Under the pieces are notes generated by a model. That model was given only the letters and a program-made list of their open reading frames with translations. It did not search any database and was not told where the DNA came from. The translations under genes were made by a program, and so were the position numbers. DNA of 33,841 bases, from the NCBI GenBank assembly GCA_023485825.1, contig JAMCZF010000051.1:1-33841 (forward strand), in the 5' to 3' direction. Below, one piece after another: positions 17,338-27,194 of the stretch. The stretch is from Candidatus Marsarchaeota archaeon (lineage in GTDB: Archaea; Micrarchaeota; Micrarchaeia; Micrarchaeales; CABMGC01). Within the stretch, counting starts at the first letter, position 1; every line of letters begins with the position of its first letter.

Positions 17338-18399
17338 CTATCGAATATCATGCGGTTGCTGCTCCTTGACAGCGAAGAGCGTCGCTTCCTGCCTATTGCT
17401 CGGCAGGACTCTCACGCCCTTCACGATGAACTCGCCTTCAAGCTCCTTCGCGGCTATGCCCACATACTTCTCTATGTTCCTCGTCGTGCATTTTATTGTG
17501 GCGAGGGCGATGCCGTTTTTCTTCAGGTAACGCGAAAACCGCAGCAGGGCCGCTGCCGTCTCCTCAGGGGAAACGTTCATGTCGCAGGCTATCATTGATA
17601 GCTTGCCTATGCTGCCAAGGGATGCCCCCCCAAATCCCGACTTGATATCAATGACATCGAACATGTCGACGTCGGCTTTCTCGGGCCTTCCGTCGGCCGG
17701 CACGCATATGCTTATGCCCAGCCTGTTGAATGCATCGTAGTCGAGTCTTCCCTTGTCAACCGCTATGACCTTCATCCCCCTTTTGGCAAGGTATGAGGTC
17801 CAGCCACCGGGCGCTGCGCCAAGGTCAAGCGCGATCCCGCTTTTGGTCCTTATCCTGAACTCGTCGAATGCCTGCATTATCTTGAACTCGGCTCTGCTGA
17901 TGCCGTTTGACAGCTGTTTGTAGTGCCTGCCCGGGTCTATGAATCGCAGTTGACTGTATGAAATGAATCCGATGTAGCATTCCATCCTGAAGAGCACCAC
18001 ATAGCACAGCACCTCCGGGTTTGCTATGTCGATGTTGGCGCCATTGCCTTCAAGGCCCCGGCCCAGGAAGACCTCGATGTCCTTGGCGGAATAGCCCCTC
18101 CTGGACAGTATGTCGATGCACTCTATCTTCATCCGCTTCTCTGTTATCCTGGAGCCTTCCAGGGCACGCATTATGGAGTTGAGGTAATCAGATTCCTCTA
18201 TCCTGCTGTGGAACTGCAACTTCAGAATGCGGTATATGAACCTCGCGCCTGATGCCCCACTTTTTATATTGATGTTCCTTGCCCTGATTATGTGCATGTT
18301 CAGGAACCGCGATATTGTCGTGTACTCGCCGAAGAGCCTGCGCAGCTCAATCTCATTGCTCTTGGGGAAGTATAGAGAGCCGTAAACTAGGTAAAGCAT
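17338..18399 (-). CDS. RlmM/FtsJ-like SAM-dependent RNA 2'-O-methyltransferase with a probable THUMP-like N-terminal region
   Basis: ISRAEFKI, ALDLGAAPGGWTS, VIAVD, ACDMN, ATIK, NRQE (K-D-K-E tetrad). ATG 18399 preferred. Confidence 0.85.
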   Translation of the reverse strand: MLYLVYGSLYFPKSNEIELRRLFGEYTTISRFLNMHIIRARNINIKSGASGARFIYRILKLQFHSRIEESDYLNSIMRALEGSRITEKRMKIECIDILSRRGYSAKDIEVFLGRGLEGNGANIDIANPEVLCYVVLFRMECYIGFISYSQLRFIDPGRHYKQLSNGISRAEFKIMQAFDEFRIRTKSGIALDLGAAPGGWTSYLAKRGMKVIAVDKGRLDYDAFNRLGISICVPADGRPEKADVDMFDVIDIKSGFGGASLGSIGKLSMIACDMNVSPEETAAALLRFSRYLKKNGIALATIKCTTRNIEKYVGIAAKELEGEFIVKGVRVLPSNRQEATLFAVKEQQPHDIR

Positions 18400-18439
18400 C
18401 TTTTCTACCGGTACCGATTGGTTGGCAATAAATTTAGTG

Positions 18440-19246
18440 TTATCTGAACTTCTTGACCAGGGCAGATGCCGCCAGTCTTCCTTCATCTGTCAGGGAGATA
18501 ACCTGCCTCTTGATTATGGCGCCCTGCTGCTGCTCGTGGATCAGTGACATGCCCTTCAGATAGCTGACTGCATCGTCGAACGCAGCGCCGTCCGAGCCCC
18601 TGAGACGCTGATCCTTGCGCACGTCGCCCCGCGGCATGGGCCCCTGCATATGCAGCACTGCGAGAATCCTGGTGCTGATGTCCTTGTTGCTCTTGAGGAT
18701 GAGCTGGCGCCCGTCTTCCAGATGCACCACAATTGGCTTTTCCTTCACATGGCTCCATCTCGACAGGCGTGCGGCAAGGCTTGTGTATGCTCCCTCCTTT
18801 TTCCTCTCCTGCTCAGCCTCCCGCGCGTGTTCCCCGCAGAGGTACACCTTGCCGAAGTTGCTGAGATTTATGAACACATCGCTTATAGTGTACTTGTAGT
18901 ACTCGTTGTAGCAGATGTCGCAGCAGGTAAGCGCGAGCTCGTGCTCCTCCGCCGACGTGTCCTTTGGTATGTCCTTTATCCGCATCCTAGGCACGCCCAT
19001 CACCCTGTACATGTAATGGCACCTGGAACACTCCGCAAGCACGTCCCATTCGTAGGCGTGGCCCGTCTCCTGGGACACCTTCATGTCGCACGGCGGGTCC
19101 GTGTCCATGTGCACCGTGACGCTCAGTTCCGGTGCCCTGGCATAGTATGCTGTTTGCTCCGTATCCGACAGGCATATTGGGCATCTTTTTATTATAGTCT
19201 CGAACTTCACGACCTCGAAGGCCTTTTTCTCAGACACTATAACCAT
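18440..19246 (-). CDS. Hypothetical protein with two putative Zn sites and a C-terminal wHTH-like domain
   Basis: CPIC...CSRC, CDIC...CGEH; C-terminal FDDAVSYLKGMSLI...ISLTDEGR. Confidence 0.75.
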   Translation of the reverse strand: MVIVSEKKAFEVVKFETIIKRCPICLSDTEQTAYYARAPELSVTVHMDTDPPCDMKVSQETGHAYEWDVLAECSRCHYMYRVMGVPRMRIKDIPKDTSAEEHELALTCCDICYNEYYKYTISDVFINLSNFGKVYLCGEHAREAEQERKKEGAYTSLAARLSRWSHVKEKPIVVHLEDGRQLILKSNKDISTRILAVLHMQGPMPRGDVRKDQRLRGSDGAAFDDAVSYLKGMSLIHEQQQGAIIKRQVISLTDEGRLAASALVKKFR

Positions 19247-19334
19247 TGAAGCAACCGCCAGGAGTAATCTACCCACAGTAACTGTATTGGATTGCAGGAG
19301 GCATGCGGCTGTGCGGATTGCTGCGGTTGTCGTG

Positions 19335-20354
19335 TCAGAGTATGCCGTCGACTGCTGACATGCGCAACGGCTCCGCCTCTTCCAGCCTCTTCCTCGCCTC
19401 TCCGAACTTGGCCTTTACTCCGGTTACGACTGACATCACCCTTATCTCGTCGTTCAGCTCCGGCAGCATGCGCGCGCCGAATATCACATTCGCATCAGGC
19501 GCGAGGTTTGTGGTAACGCCCTCCCCTATCGCAGTGGCCTCCTTTATCGTCAGGTTTGTTCCGCCGACCACATGAATCAGCGCGCCCTTCGCGCCTTCAT
19601 AATCCACTGTGAGGAGAGGATGGGTGCGCGTGGAGCGTATCGCCTGCTCGACCCTGTTGGAGCCGTGCCCTGCGCCGAGGCTTATGACTGCGGTGCCTGT
19701 GTTCTTGACTACATTCCTCAGGTCGGCGAAGTCCAGGTTTATCAGGCTCGGCAGGGTTATCGTGTCTGCTATGCCCTTGACCGCATTGCCTGTTATGTTG
19801 TCCACAAGCTCGAATGCGCGCTCTATAGGGAGATTCGGCACATAGGAGAGAAGCTTGTCGTTCTCTATCACTATCACTGAATCCGCCTGCTTGCTGAGCT
19901 GCTCTATTCCCCATTCTGCCTTGAGCTTCCTGCTGCGCTCCAGCGCAAAAGGATATGTCACTGTAGCTATGACAGTGGCGCCCATCTCCCTTGCCACCTG
20001 TGCTACGAACGGCGCAGACCCCGTGCCTGTGCCGCCGCCCATTCCTGCTGCGATGAACACGAGATTGTAGCCCTTCAGCGCGCCCTCTATCTCTGACTTG
20101 CTTATCTCCGCCGCTTTTGCAGCCACTTCAGGGAAGCCGCCAGCACCGAGACCCTGGGTTATCTCCTTGCCCAGCAGGATCTTCTTCTGCGCCTTTATCA
20201 TGTTGAGGTGGCCCACGTCTGTGTTCATGGCTATGGTATCGGCGCTCTTTATGCCGTTGTTGAAAAGCCTGTTTATCAGGTTGCTGCCCTGCCCCCCCAG
20301 GCCGACCACAGCCACCCTTGGCTTGAATGCATCGTAGTCGAATTCCTCTGCCAT
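19335..20354 (-). CDS. ftsZ: Cell division protein FtsZ (downstream tandem copy)
   Basis: [32 protein letters not shown]7 loop LINLDFAD. Confidence 0.97.
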   Translation of the reverse strand: MAEEFDYDAFKPRVAVVGLGGQGSNLINRLFNNGIKSADTIAMNTDVGHLNMIKAQKKILLGKEITQGLGAGGFPEVAAKAAEISKSEIEGALKGYNLVFIAAGMGGGTGTGSAPFVAQVAREMGATVIATVTYPFALERSRKLKAEWGIEQLSKQADSVIVIENDKLLSYVPNLPIERAFELVDNITGNAVKGIADTITLPSLINLDFADLRNVVKNTGTAVISLGAGHGSNRVEQAIRSTRTHPLLTVDYEGAKGALIHVVGGTNLTIKEATAIGEGVTTNLAPDANVIFGARMLPELNDEIRVMSVVTGVKAKFGEARKRLEEAEPLRMSAVDGIL

Positions 20355-21418
20355 TAGATCATCTCTAGGTCGCCAAAGGCGAGTGACCTTTTCTTCTCCT
20401 CGAACTTGCCGAGTATGCTCGAGCCCGATACCCCCGTCACTATCGCCACTATCTCAAGCTGGCCCTCGTATCCGGGTATTATCCTCGCGCCCCACTTGAC
20501 GTTTGCCTTGGGATCCATGCGCTCCGTTATTATCTCACCGGCCTTTATCGCGTCTCCAAGGGTCAGGTCTGATGCGCCCGATATGTGTATCAAGGCGCCC
20601 TTTGCATTCTCGAAGTCTACATCAAGCAGCTTGTTCTTGATCACAGACTCTGCCGCTGACGTCACCTTGTCGTTGCCCTTGCCTGTGCCCACAGATATAA
20701 AACCGACATCGCCGTTGCCCATTATCGAGCGTACGTCGGCGAAGTCTATGTTTATCAGGCTCGGCTGCGTTATCGTCCACACGAGGCCGCCTATGGCCTT
20801 TGACAGTATGTCGTCAGCTACAGCGAACGCCTCATTCATAGGGAGGTTCGGAACGAGCTTGACCAGCTTGTTGTTGTCAAGTATTATCACGCTATCGCAG
20901 GCCTTCCTCAGGTTCTGTATGCCCTCCTCGGCCTTGACCTTCCTGACGCGCTCCAAATCGAACGGGTAGGTTACCATGGCGACGACTATCGCGCCCTGCT
21001 CCTTTGCAATCTGCGCCACAACAGGTATCGCTCCGGTTCCGGTCCCGCCGCCCATTCCTGCGCAGAGGAATACGAGCTGCGCCCCGTAAAGTATCTCCTC
21101 TATCTGCTGCCTGTCGACTTCTGCGGCCTTTGCGCCCACCACAGGGTCTCCTCCTGCGCCGAGCCCCCTTGAGATGCTCTTGCCTATGAGGACCTTCTTG
21201 ATCCTGTCATCGAGCATCTTGAAGTGCTGGACATCGGTGTTTATCGCAACAAGCTCGGTGCCCTTCACGCCGAACTTAATCAGCCTGTTGACCGTGTTGT
21301 TTCCACCGCCGCCCACGCCTACAGTCACTATCTTTATCTGCGTGGACGAACTGAGGTCCATGTTGCTCCCACTGCTATTCCCCGTATTTCCCAAAAGGTC
21401 TCCGGTAAAATCTACCAT
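20354..21418 (-). CDS. ftsZ: Cell division protein FtsZ (upstream tandem copy)
   Basis: [38 protein letters not shown]. Confidence 0.98.
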   Translation of the reverse strand: MVDFTGDLLGNTGNSSGSNMDLSSSTQIKIVTVGVGGGGNNTVNRLIKFGVKGTELVAINTDVQHFKMLDDRIKKVLIGKSISRGLGAGGDPVVGAKAAEVDRQQIEEILYGAQLVFLCAGMGGGTGTGAIPVVAQIAKEQGAIVVAMVTYPFDLERVRKVKAEEGIQNLRKACDSVIILDNNKLVKLVPNLPMNEAFAVADDILSKAIGGLVWTITQPSLINIDFADVRSIMGNGDVGFISVGTGKGNDKVTSAAESVIKNKLLDVDFENAKGALIHISGASDLTLGDAIKAGEIITERMDPKANVKWGARIIPGYEGQLEIVAIVTGVSGSSILGKFEEKKRSLAFGDLEMI

Positions 21419-21450
21419 CTGATCGCCTGTGAATGATAATCATAGTCATA

Positions 21451-21458
21451 TTTATATA
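21451..21458 (-). promoter_or_regulatory. TATA box of the ftsZ-ftsZ operon
   Basis: TATATAAA on -, about 33 bp upstream of ATG 21418. Confidence 0.55.
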
Positions 21459-21740
21459 TCTTGCGCTTGTCAGCAGAGTAGTGGACATCCGCTTTCCGTG
21501 GTGGATTGCAGCCGCACGCGGCCGGAAGCACACCTGTCAGTTGAAGGCGGTGAGGGCCAATACCGAGGGAGTTCTGATGTATGGAAGTATATGGATATAT
21601 ATTTTGATACAGACGCGCCGGTAAGGAAGGCGCCGGTGCAGAAACTGCACTCGGACGGCGCTGCTATCCGGCAGGGCTGCCAGGCGGCCGGCCAGTTCAC
21701 TCACAACCGCAAGGCGGCGCACAACAGGGCCAATCCGCCT

Positions 21741-22388
21741 TCACGGCAGCTCAGATGCCACTACAGATGCAATATCGCTGCCTGACACCGCAGGCCCCCC
21801 GATCTGCACGTACGTTGCGACATAAGAGCCCTTGTAGCCCGCGAGTATGGTCCCTGTGCGCCCAAAAACATTCGATGAGATGTAGAAGTACGTCATGCCG
21901 TCTGCACTCGAGTTCACCATTGTGGCGTTAGTCTGACTTTTTGCACTGAGCTGCATCTCGTAGTAGACCTTTGGGGCTATGGATGTATTGAGCACAATCT
22001 CCTCGGAATACGCCCCGCCGGCGCCGGAGCTCGGGGTTGTGCTGTTTATGGTGTAGCTGGCGGCCCATGCGCCGGTCACGTTGTTGATCAGGTAGCCTGA
22101 GCCGGTGCTCGTCGCATTGGACATTATGTAAGACGCAAGGGTGCTGGCTTCTGCATTGCTTGTTGCATTGTACCTTCCGCCGGGTCCTGCGAACTGCTCG
22201 AACTGGCTCTGGTTCATGTACACCGTGGTGCCGGGATTTGACGCTGCGGCCGGGGCTGCCTTGAAGCCCTGCGTGAGTATCCACACCGAAACCGCGGCTA
22301 TGACAACAACTACTATTATGCCGGCTATGACAGGGGTAGGCAGCGTGCGCCTTCCCGGGCTTGCGGTTGCATTCTTCTTGCTGACCAT
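21741..22388 (-). CDS. N-terminally anchored extracellular (glyco)protein of unknown function
   Basis: Basic N-terminus, one TM helix, then a Ser/Thr/Asn/Tyr-rich domain with many NxS/T sequons. Confidence 0.8.
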   Translation of the reverse strand: MVSKKNATASPGRRTLPTPVIAGIIVVVVIAAVSVWILTQGFKAAPAAASNPGTTVYMNQSQFEQFAGPGGRYNATSNAEASTLASYIMSNATSTGSGYLINNVTGAWAASYTINSTTPSSGAGGAYSEEIVLNTSIAPKVYYEMQLSAKSQTNATMVNSSADGMTYFYISSNVFGRTGTILAGYKGSYVATYVQIGGPAVSGSDIASVVASELP

Positions 22389-22433
22389 CTAATCATCGCG
22401 GATTTATTGAACGCGCATGCTTAAAGACTTATG

Positions 22434-23468
22434 CTACAGTACCACATCGATGTCGAGTTCGGACGCCTGGTGCATTCCTCCGGTGCCCATGACCACTGCC
22501 CTTACGTCCTTCATCGCGCAGTTGTACTTGTCCCATAGGGCCTGCGATGATATTGAGTTCGGCGCATCGTATGGGTATCGCCTTCCCTCGATCCCCGCTA
22601 TGAAGAAGTCTATGCACTCGCATACAAGCCTGTGATAGCCTCCCTCTAGAACCGCGAATGTCTTCACGCCGAGCTGTCGCAGTGTAATCCCGAGGTCGTA
22701 GAACCCGCGCTCGGTGTACTTCAAGCCGAGGCCCTCGTCCTGGTGGCCGTCTGCCCCGAAAGACACCCCTATCACGTCCGGCTTATACTGCAATGCGATG
22801 TGCATCGCCAGGCTCACCGATCCGGCGAGCATATCGTCGCCGGCGCCGGCCGGGACAAGCATGTTCAGTGAGACGATGTTGTTGTGGACCCTTGCTATGT
22901 ACGGCCTCGTGACCGCGCCTAAGGGCCACGCGCCCTCCCCGCTTATCGATATGTATATGATGTCCGCGGCGCCGCCCTTCTGCCTGGCCCTTGACTCGAC
23001 TGTGCGCTGCGTCCCGTCGCCGGGATGCGCATCTATGTCTATGACAAGAACCTTCTTGCCCTGATCCGCCAGGAACGTTGATGCTATGGCCATGTTGTTG
23101 AAGAGGCAAAAACCGCCCTCCGTGCTCGCTGATGCGTGGTGCCCGGGAGGCCTGACGGCAGCGAAGTCGCCATCCATCGCCGCATCCACGCTTATGGCGG
23201 AGGCAATCAGGGCCGCCGCGTACGTATTGGGTGTCGTCCTGACATCTGCAACCCTCTCGCCCTTCCTGCATGCGGCCTTTATGCGCTCTATGTACTCCTT
23301 TGTGTGGACAAGGCCGAGGAGCTCCTCCTTGTCGCGTTTGACGGAAGGAAGATAGTCCATTATGTCTTCCCGCGCCGCAAGTTTGGCGAGTCTCTGCGGA
23401 CCCTCTACATTGCTGCGCACGTTGTGACGAAGCATGTCCCTGTGGAACAGTATCCTCAATTGCATCAT
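22434..23468 (-). CDS. Histone deacetylase family Zn-dependent deacetylase
   Basis: RPPGHHA, GGFCLFNN, IDIDAHPGDGTQ, GADGH, LEGGY. Confidence 0.93.
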   Translation of the reverse strand: MMQLRILFHRDMLRHNVRSNVEGPQRLAKLAAREDIMDYLPSVKRDKEELLGLVHTKEYIERIKAACRKGERVADVRTTPNTYAAALIASAISVDAAMDGDFAAVRPPGHHASASTEGGFCLFNNMAIASTFLADQGKKVLVIDIDAHPGDGTQRTVESRARQKGGAADIIYISISGEGAWPLGAVTRPYIARVHNNIVSLNMLVPAGAGDDMLAGSVSLAMHIALQYKPDVIGVSFGADGHQDEGLGLKYTERGFYDLGITLRQLGVKTFAVLEGGYHRLVCECIDFFIAGIEGRRYPYDAPNSISSQALWDKYNCAMKDVRAVVMGTGGMHQASELDIDVVL

Positions 23469-23556
23469 CCCTGCAAGAATATCGACATTCTATATAATGC
23501 AGGCGGCGATAGAAATATAATAGGTTGGGTCATAATAGCTTCTGTGCCGTGGTTTC

Positions 23557-24993
23557 TTGACCAGTGAGAATAGAATACTCGCGATAATAGTCGTAGGAGT
23601 GCTTATGGGCGCCATCGACTCCACTGTCGTACTGCTAGCGCTGCCCGCGATAACGCAAGCGCTGCACGCGACGCTGTACACATCCATATGGATAATATTG
23701 GTGTACCTGCTTGTCCTGGCGGTGGCAACGACCCAGCTTGGGAAATTGGGGGATATATTCGGCAGGAGCAACATGTTCAATCTCGGGTTTGCGGTGTTCA
23801 CCGTGGGCTCTGCGATGTGCGGGTTCTCGGGTGACGTGCTTGTGCTTGTGTTTTCCAGGGCGGTGCAGGCCGTTGGTGGGGCGCTGGTTACCTCAAACAG
23901 CGGCGCGATCGTTGCAGATACGTTCCCTCCTGAAAGGCGCGGGCACGCCTTCGGGTTCACCGGTTTCGGCTACAACGTTGGCGCCCTTCTCGGCATAGTC
24001 ATCGGCGGGGTTATAACCACGTTCGTTGGCTGGCAGTACATATTCTTCATAAACGTGCCCATAGGAATTGTTGCAGTGGGCCTCGGCGTAGTGTACATCA
24101 AGGACAAGAAGAAAATCCAGCAAAAACTCGACATACCGGGCATGGCCTCCTTCGGCGCATCGCTCGTGCTTCTCACCTTCTCAATGATAGACTTCGCGAC
24201 CTTCGGCGCAACGCCGTTTAACATTGCCCTCGCGACGGTCGGCGCAGTGCTCATGGTTCTGTTCGTCCTGTGGGAAAGGGCATCAGAGCACCCTATGCTC
24301 AACTTCAGGATATTCAAGAGCAGGATACTCAAGTACTCCATATCCGCATCGTTCTTCCAGAGCCTGGGATACATGTCTGTAGTGTTCATTGTGATCCTTT
24401 ACCTGCAGGGAATACGCGGCCTGGATCCGTTTTCGGCTTCGGTGCTCCTGATCCCGGGATACGTGGTAGGGAGCCTGTCTGCGCCGTACATGGGCAGGTT
24501 GTCGGACAGGTTCGGCGCAAGGATACTCGCAACGCTGGGCATATCGCTAATGTGCATTGCAATACTGGTGTACCTTGCGCTTACCGCAACGACATCCTAC
24601 TACATAGTAGTACTCGCCACCATATTAACGGGCATAGGGGGCGCGATGTTCTGGCCTGCGAACAACAGCACCGTGATGGCCCATGCGCCTAGAGAGGAGT
24701 ACGGAAGCACGTCTGGATTCCTGCGCACGGCGTCGAGCGTCGGCATGCTGGGCAGCTTCGTGATAGCCATAACCGCCGCATCGCTGGCAGTGTCAAGGTC
24801 AACGGCATTCGGCATACTTCTCGGGACGTCCAGGCTCATAGGCGGCGTGTCAACGAGCTTCCTGCATGGCATAGACACAGCATTCATAGTATCCATAGCC
24901 ATACTCATTGTGGCCGGCATACTTTCATTCTCGCGCGGCAGGGAGGATAGGACAAAAGCGCATGTACATGCATCAATACAAGGAAAAATCTAG
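23557..24993 (+). CDS. MFS transporter, DHA2/EmrB-QacA-like (14 TM)
   Basis: DSTVVLLALP, GKLGDIFGR, WQYIFFINVPIG, GRLSDRFGAR. TTG start. Confidence 0.95.
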   Translation: MTSENRILAIIVVGVLMGAIDSTVVLLALPAITQALHATLYTSIWIILVYLLVLAVATTQLGKLGDIFGRSNMFNLGFAVFTVGSAMCGFSGDVLVLVFSRAVQAVGGALVTSNSGAIVADTFPPERRGHAFGFTGFGYNVGALLGIVIGGVITTFVGWQYIFFINVPIGIVAVGLGVVYIKDKKKIQQKLDIPGMASFGASLVLLTFSMIDFATFGATPFNIALATVGAVLMVLFVLWERASEHPMLNFRIFKSRILKYSISASFFQSLGYMSVVFIVILYLQGIRGLDPFSASVLLIPGYVVGSLSAPYMGRLSDRFGARILATLGISLMCIAILVYLALTATTSYYIVVLATILTGIGGAMFWPANNSTVMAHAPREEYGSTSGFLRTASSVGMLGSFVIAITAASLAVSRSTAFGILLGTSRLIGGVSTSFLHGIDTAFIVSIAILIVAGILSFSRGREDRTKAHVHASIQGKI

Positions 24994-25147
24994 CGGAAAA
25001 ATCTAGCAGGGACACCCGAAGCCCCGAACGCGGCCCCGCCAATATACCCGGCCATCCGGCAGGCGTGTGGTCGTGCGGATTCACCGGAGAGGCACTGCAC
25101 AAATAAAGATTGAAAAGGCATACGCCTATTGCACATGGATTTTCTTA

Positions 25148-25660
25148 GTAAGCGGGAAACCCCGCACCACACCCATTGGGAATAAAAGCGAACGCATAAA
25201 AAGGCATATAAACATGAGAAATGACACAGATAGCATGGATTCCACAATGTCGCACGGATTAAGGCTCTGCCCGGATCCTAAACTCCGAGCGGAAACAGTC
25301 TTGCAGCTGATTCCCTCAAAGAATCTCTACAATAAACAAGATGAGAGTGCCGGTATGATTGTCACAGAGGCATCCGCAAGGAACACAACAAGGATGTGCA
25401 GCGGTTGCGGCACAAGGAGGGGGACGTCACCAATGGAAGAAGAATGCGCCTGCGGAAACCGCGGTGCGTGTGGACAGGGGCATGAACGCATCAATAAACA
25501 TACTCAAAGGAGCCGCTGCGGGACACGCAGGAAGTTACGAGGGAGGCAATGCAAGGCCTCAATGTGGGGCCGTTATCAAGGAACCGAAAACATGCTCTGC
25601 ACCAAAGGGGTGGAATCCATGACGCAGGGGAAGCCCACAGGTTTTAGTTGAGGATGTCAC
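25148..25660 (+). mobile_element. Internally deleted IS200/IS605 (tnpB) element
   Basis: Left-end motif GTAAGCGGGAAACCCCGCACC..., tnpB remnants, and right-end GGGAAGCCCACAGGTTTTAGTTGAGGATGTCAC. Confidence 0.8.
25235..25540 (+). pseudogene. tnpB: tnpB remnant (N-terminus joined to a frameshifted Zn-ribbon/RuvC-III region)
   Basis: SHGLRLCPD (cf. AYKFRIYPD), ESAGMIVTEASARNTTRMCSGCG, then in another frame VDRGMNASINIL (cf. DRDxNASINIL). 3' boundary approximate. Confidence 0.8.
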
Positions 25661-25670
25661 AGGCATTGGC

Positions 25671-27191
25671 ATGACCCACAAGCCGATTGTAATGATAATA
25701 CGCGACGGATGGGGCTACAGGAAGGAGGGTGAATTCAACGCGACGGCGCTAGGGAGCAACCCATTCACTAAGGAGCTTATGGACAGGTATCCCAGCACAC
25801 TGCTTGACGCTGCCGGAGAGGCCGTAGGGCTGCCTGCAGGGTATCAGGGCAATTCAGAGGTGGGGCACATGACCATAGGCTCCGGAAGGATATTCTTCCA
25901 GTCACTGCCCAGGATAAACAGGGACATAGAATCAGGGGCTTTCTTCAGTAACAGTGCACTCCGCGGTGCCGTTGAGAACTGCAAGAAGAACAATACGACG
26001 CTGCACGTCATTGGGTTGCTGCAGAAGGAGGGCGTGCACGCGCATATGGACCACTGCATCGCAATCCTTGAGCTGTGCAAGAAGGAGAGCCTCAATGATG
26101 TTGTAGTGCACGTAATATCCGACGGCAGGGATGCGCCCGTCAATGGAACGCTGCGCAATGTGCGCGAGCTCGTGGGAAAAACGGACGAGCTTGGAATAGG
26201 GGCAATAGGCAGCGTATCCGGGAGGTACTATGCTATGGACCGCGACAAGAAGTGGGACAGGACGAAGGCCGCATACGACTGCATAGCAAGAGGCGAGTCG
26301 AGGCTGACCTTTGATGACCTAGTGGGGTGCCTTGAGGAGTGCTATGCCAGGGGGGAAACCGATGAGTTCATAGTGCCGAGGCGGGCGTCGTGGTACACCG
26401 GCATCAGGGACAGCGACAGCGTAATATTCTTCAACTTCAGGACCGACAGGACGCGCCAGCTCACCAGGGCGATCGTAGAGGACAGCTTTGAGGGCTGGAG
26501 GCGCAGCCCCATGGACGTGTACTTCGTTGCAATGACTGAGTTTTACTCGCCGATGAGCAGCAGAGTTCACATCGCATATCCACCGGAACCTGCCGTGAAC
26601 CTTCTGGGGGATGTGCTGTCTAATGCTGGGCTGAGGCAGCTTAGAATAAGCGAAACCGAGAAGTACGCGCACGTTACCTTCTTCTTCAACGGCCAGGTTG
26701 AGGAGCCGAGGCCTGGCGAGGAGCGCATACTGATACCAAGCCCGAAGGTCGCGACATACGACCTCAAGCCGGAGATGTCAGTGTACGAGGTTGGTGACCG
26801 GCTCGTGGAGGAGATCCGGGGCGGCAGGTACGATGTCATAATAACCAACTTCGTCAATGCGGACATGGTCGGCCACACAGGCGTATGGGACGCGATACTG
26901 AAGGCCGTCAAGGCCGTAGACGACAATGTAGGCAAGGTCGTAAACGAGACGCTGAAGCGCGACGGGATAGCGCTCGTGCTTGCTGACCATGGCTGCATAG
27001 AGGACAAGACAGAAGGCCTGCGCACCAGCCACACGAAGAACAGGATTCCATTCATTATGGTAAGCGACGATCCTGCATTGAGGAACGTCAAACTGAAGGA
27101 AGGCAGAGGCCTACAGGATGTTGCCCCCACAGTACTCAGACTATTGAACATAGGCAAGCCGAAGGAGATGACAGGCGAGAGCCTTTTCTGA
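25671..27191 (+). CDS. gpmI: 2,3-bisphosphoglycerate-independent phosphoglycerate mutase (bacterial type)
   Basis: IRDGWG, GNSEVGH, DGRD, GRYYAMDRD, FNFRTDR, ETEKYAHVTFFFNG, DMVGHTG, ADHG. Confidence 0.97.
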   Translation: MTHKPIVMIIRDGWGYRKEGEFNATALGSNPFTKELMDRYPSTLLDAAGEAVGLPAGYQGNSEVGHMTIGSGRIFFQSLPRINRDIESGAFFSNSALRGAVENCKKNNTTLHVIGLLQKEGVHAHMDHCIAILELCKKESLNDVVVHVISDGRDAPVNGTLRNVRELVGKTDELGIGAIGSVSGRYYAMDRDKKWDRTKAAYDCIARGESRLTFDDLVGCLEECYARGETDEFIVPRRASWYTGIRDSDSVIFFNFRTDRTRQLTRAIVEDSFEGWRRSPMDVYFVAMTEFYSPMSSRVHIAYPPEPAVNLLGDVLSNAGLRQLRISETEKYAHVTFFFNGQVEEPRPGEERILIPSPKVATYDLKPEMSVYEVGDRLVEEIRGGRYDVIITNFVNADMVGHTGVWDAILKAVKAVDDNVGKVVNETLKRDGIALVLADHGCIEDKTEGLRTSHTKNRIPFIMVSDDPALRNVKLKEGRGLQDVAPTVLRLLNIGKPKEMTGESLF

Positions 27192-27194
27192 GCA

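Noticed and set aside
17184..17369. 61-aa ORF coupled to the lig stop
   Set aside because: No recognisable motif, atypical composition, and it overlaps the convergent methyltransferase end.
21550..21700. RNase P or SRP RNA (GAGGGAGTTC and GGTGCAGAAAC resemble fragments)
   Set aside because: The other conserved regions and the SRP helix 8 motif were not found, and an AT-rich unstructured tract interrupts it.
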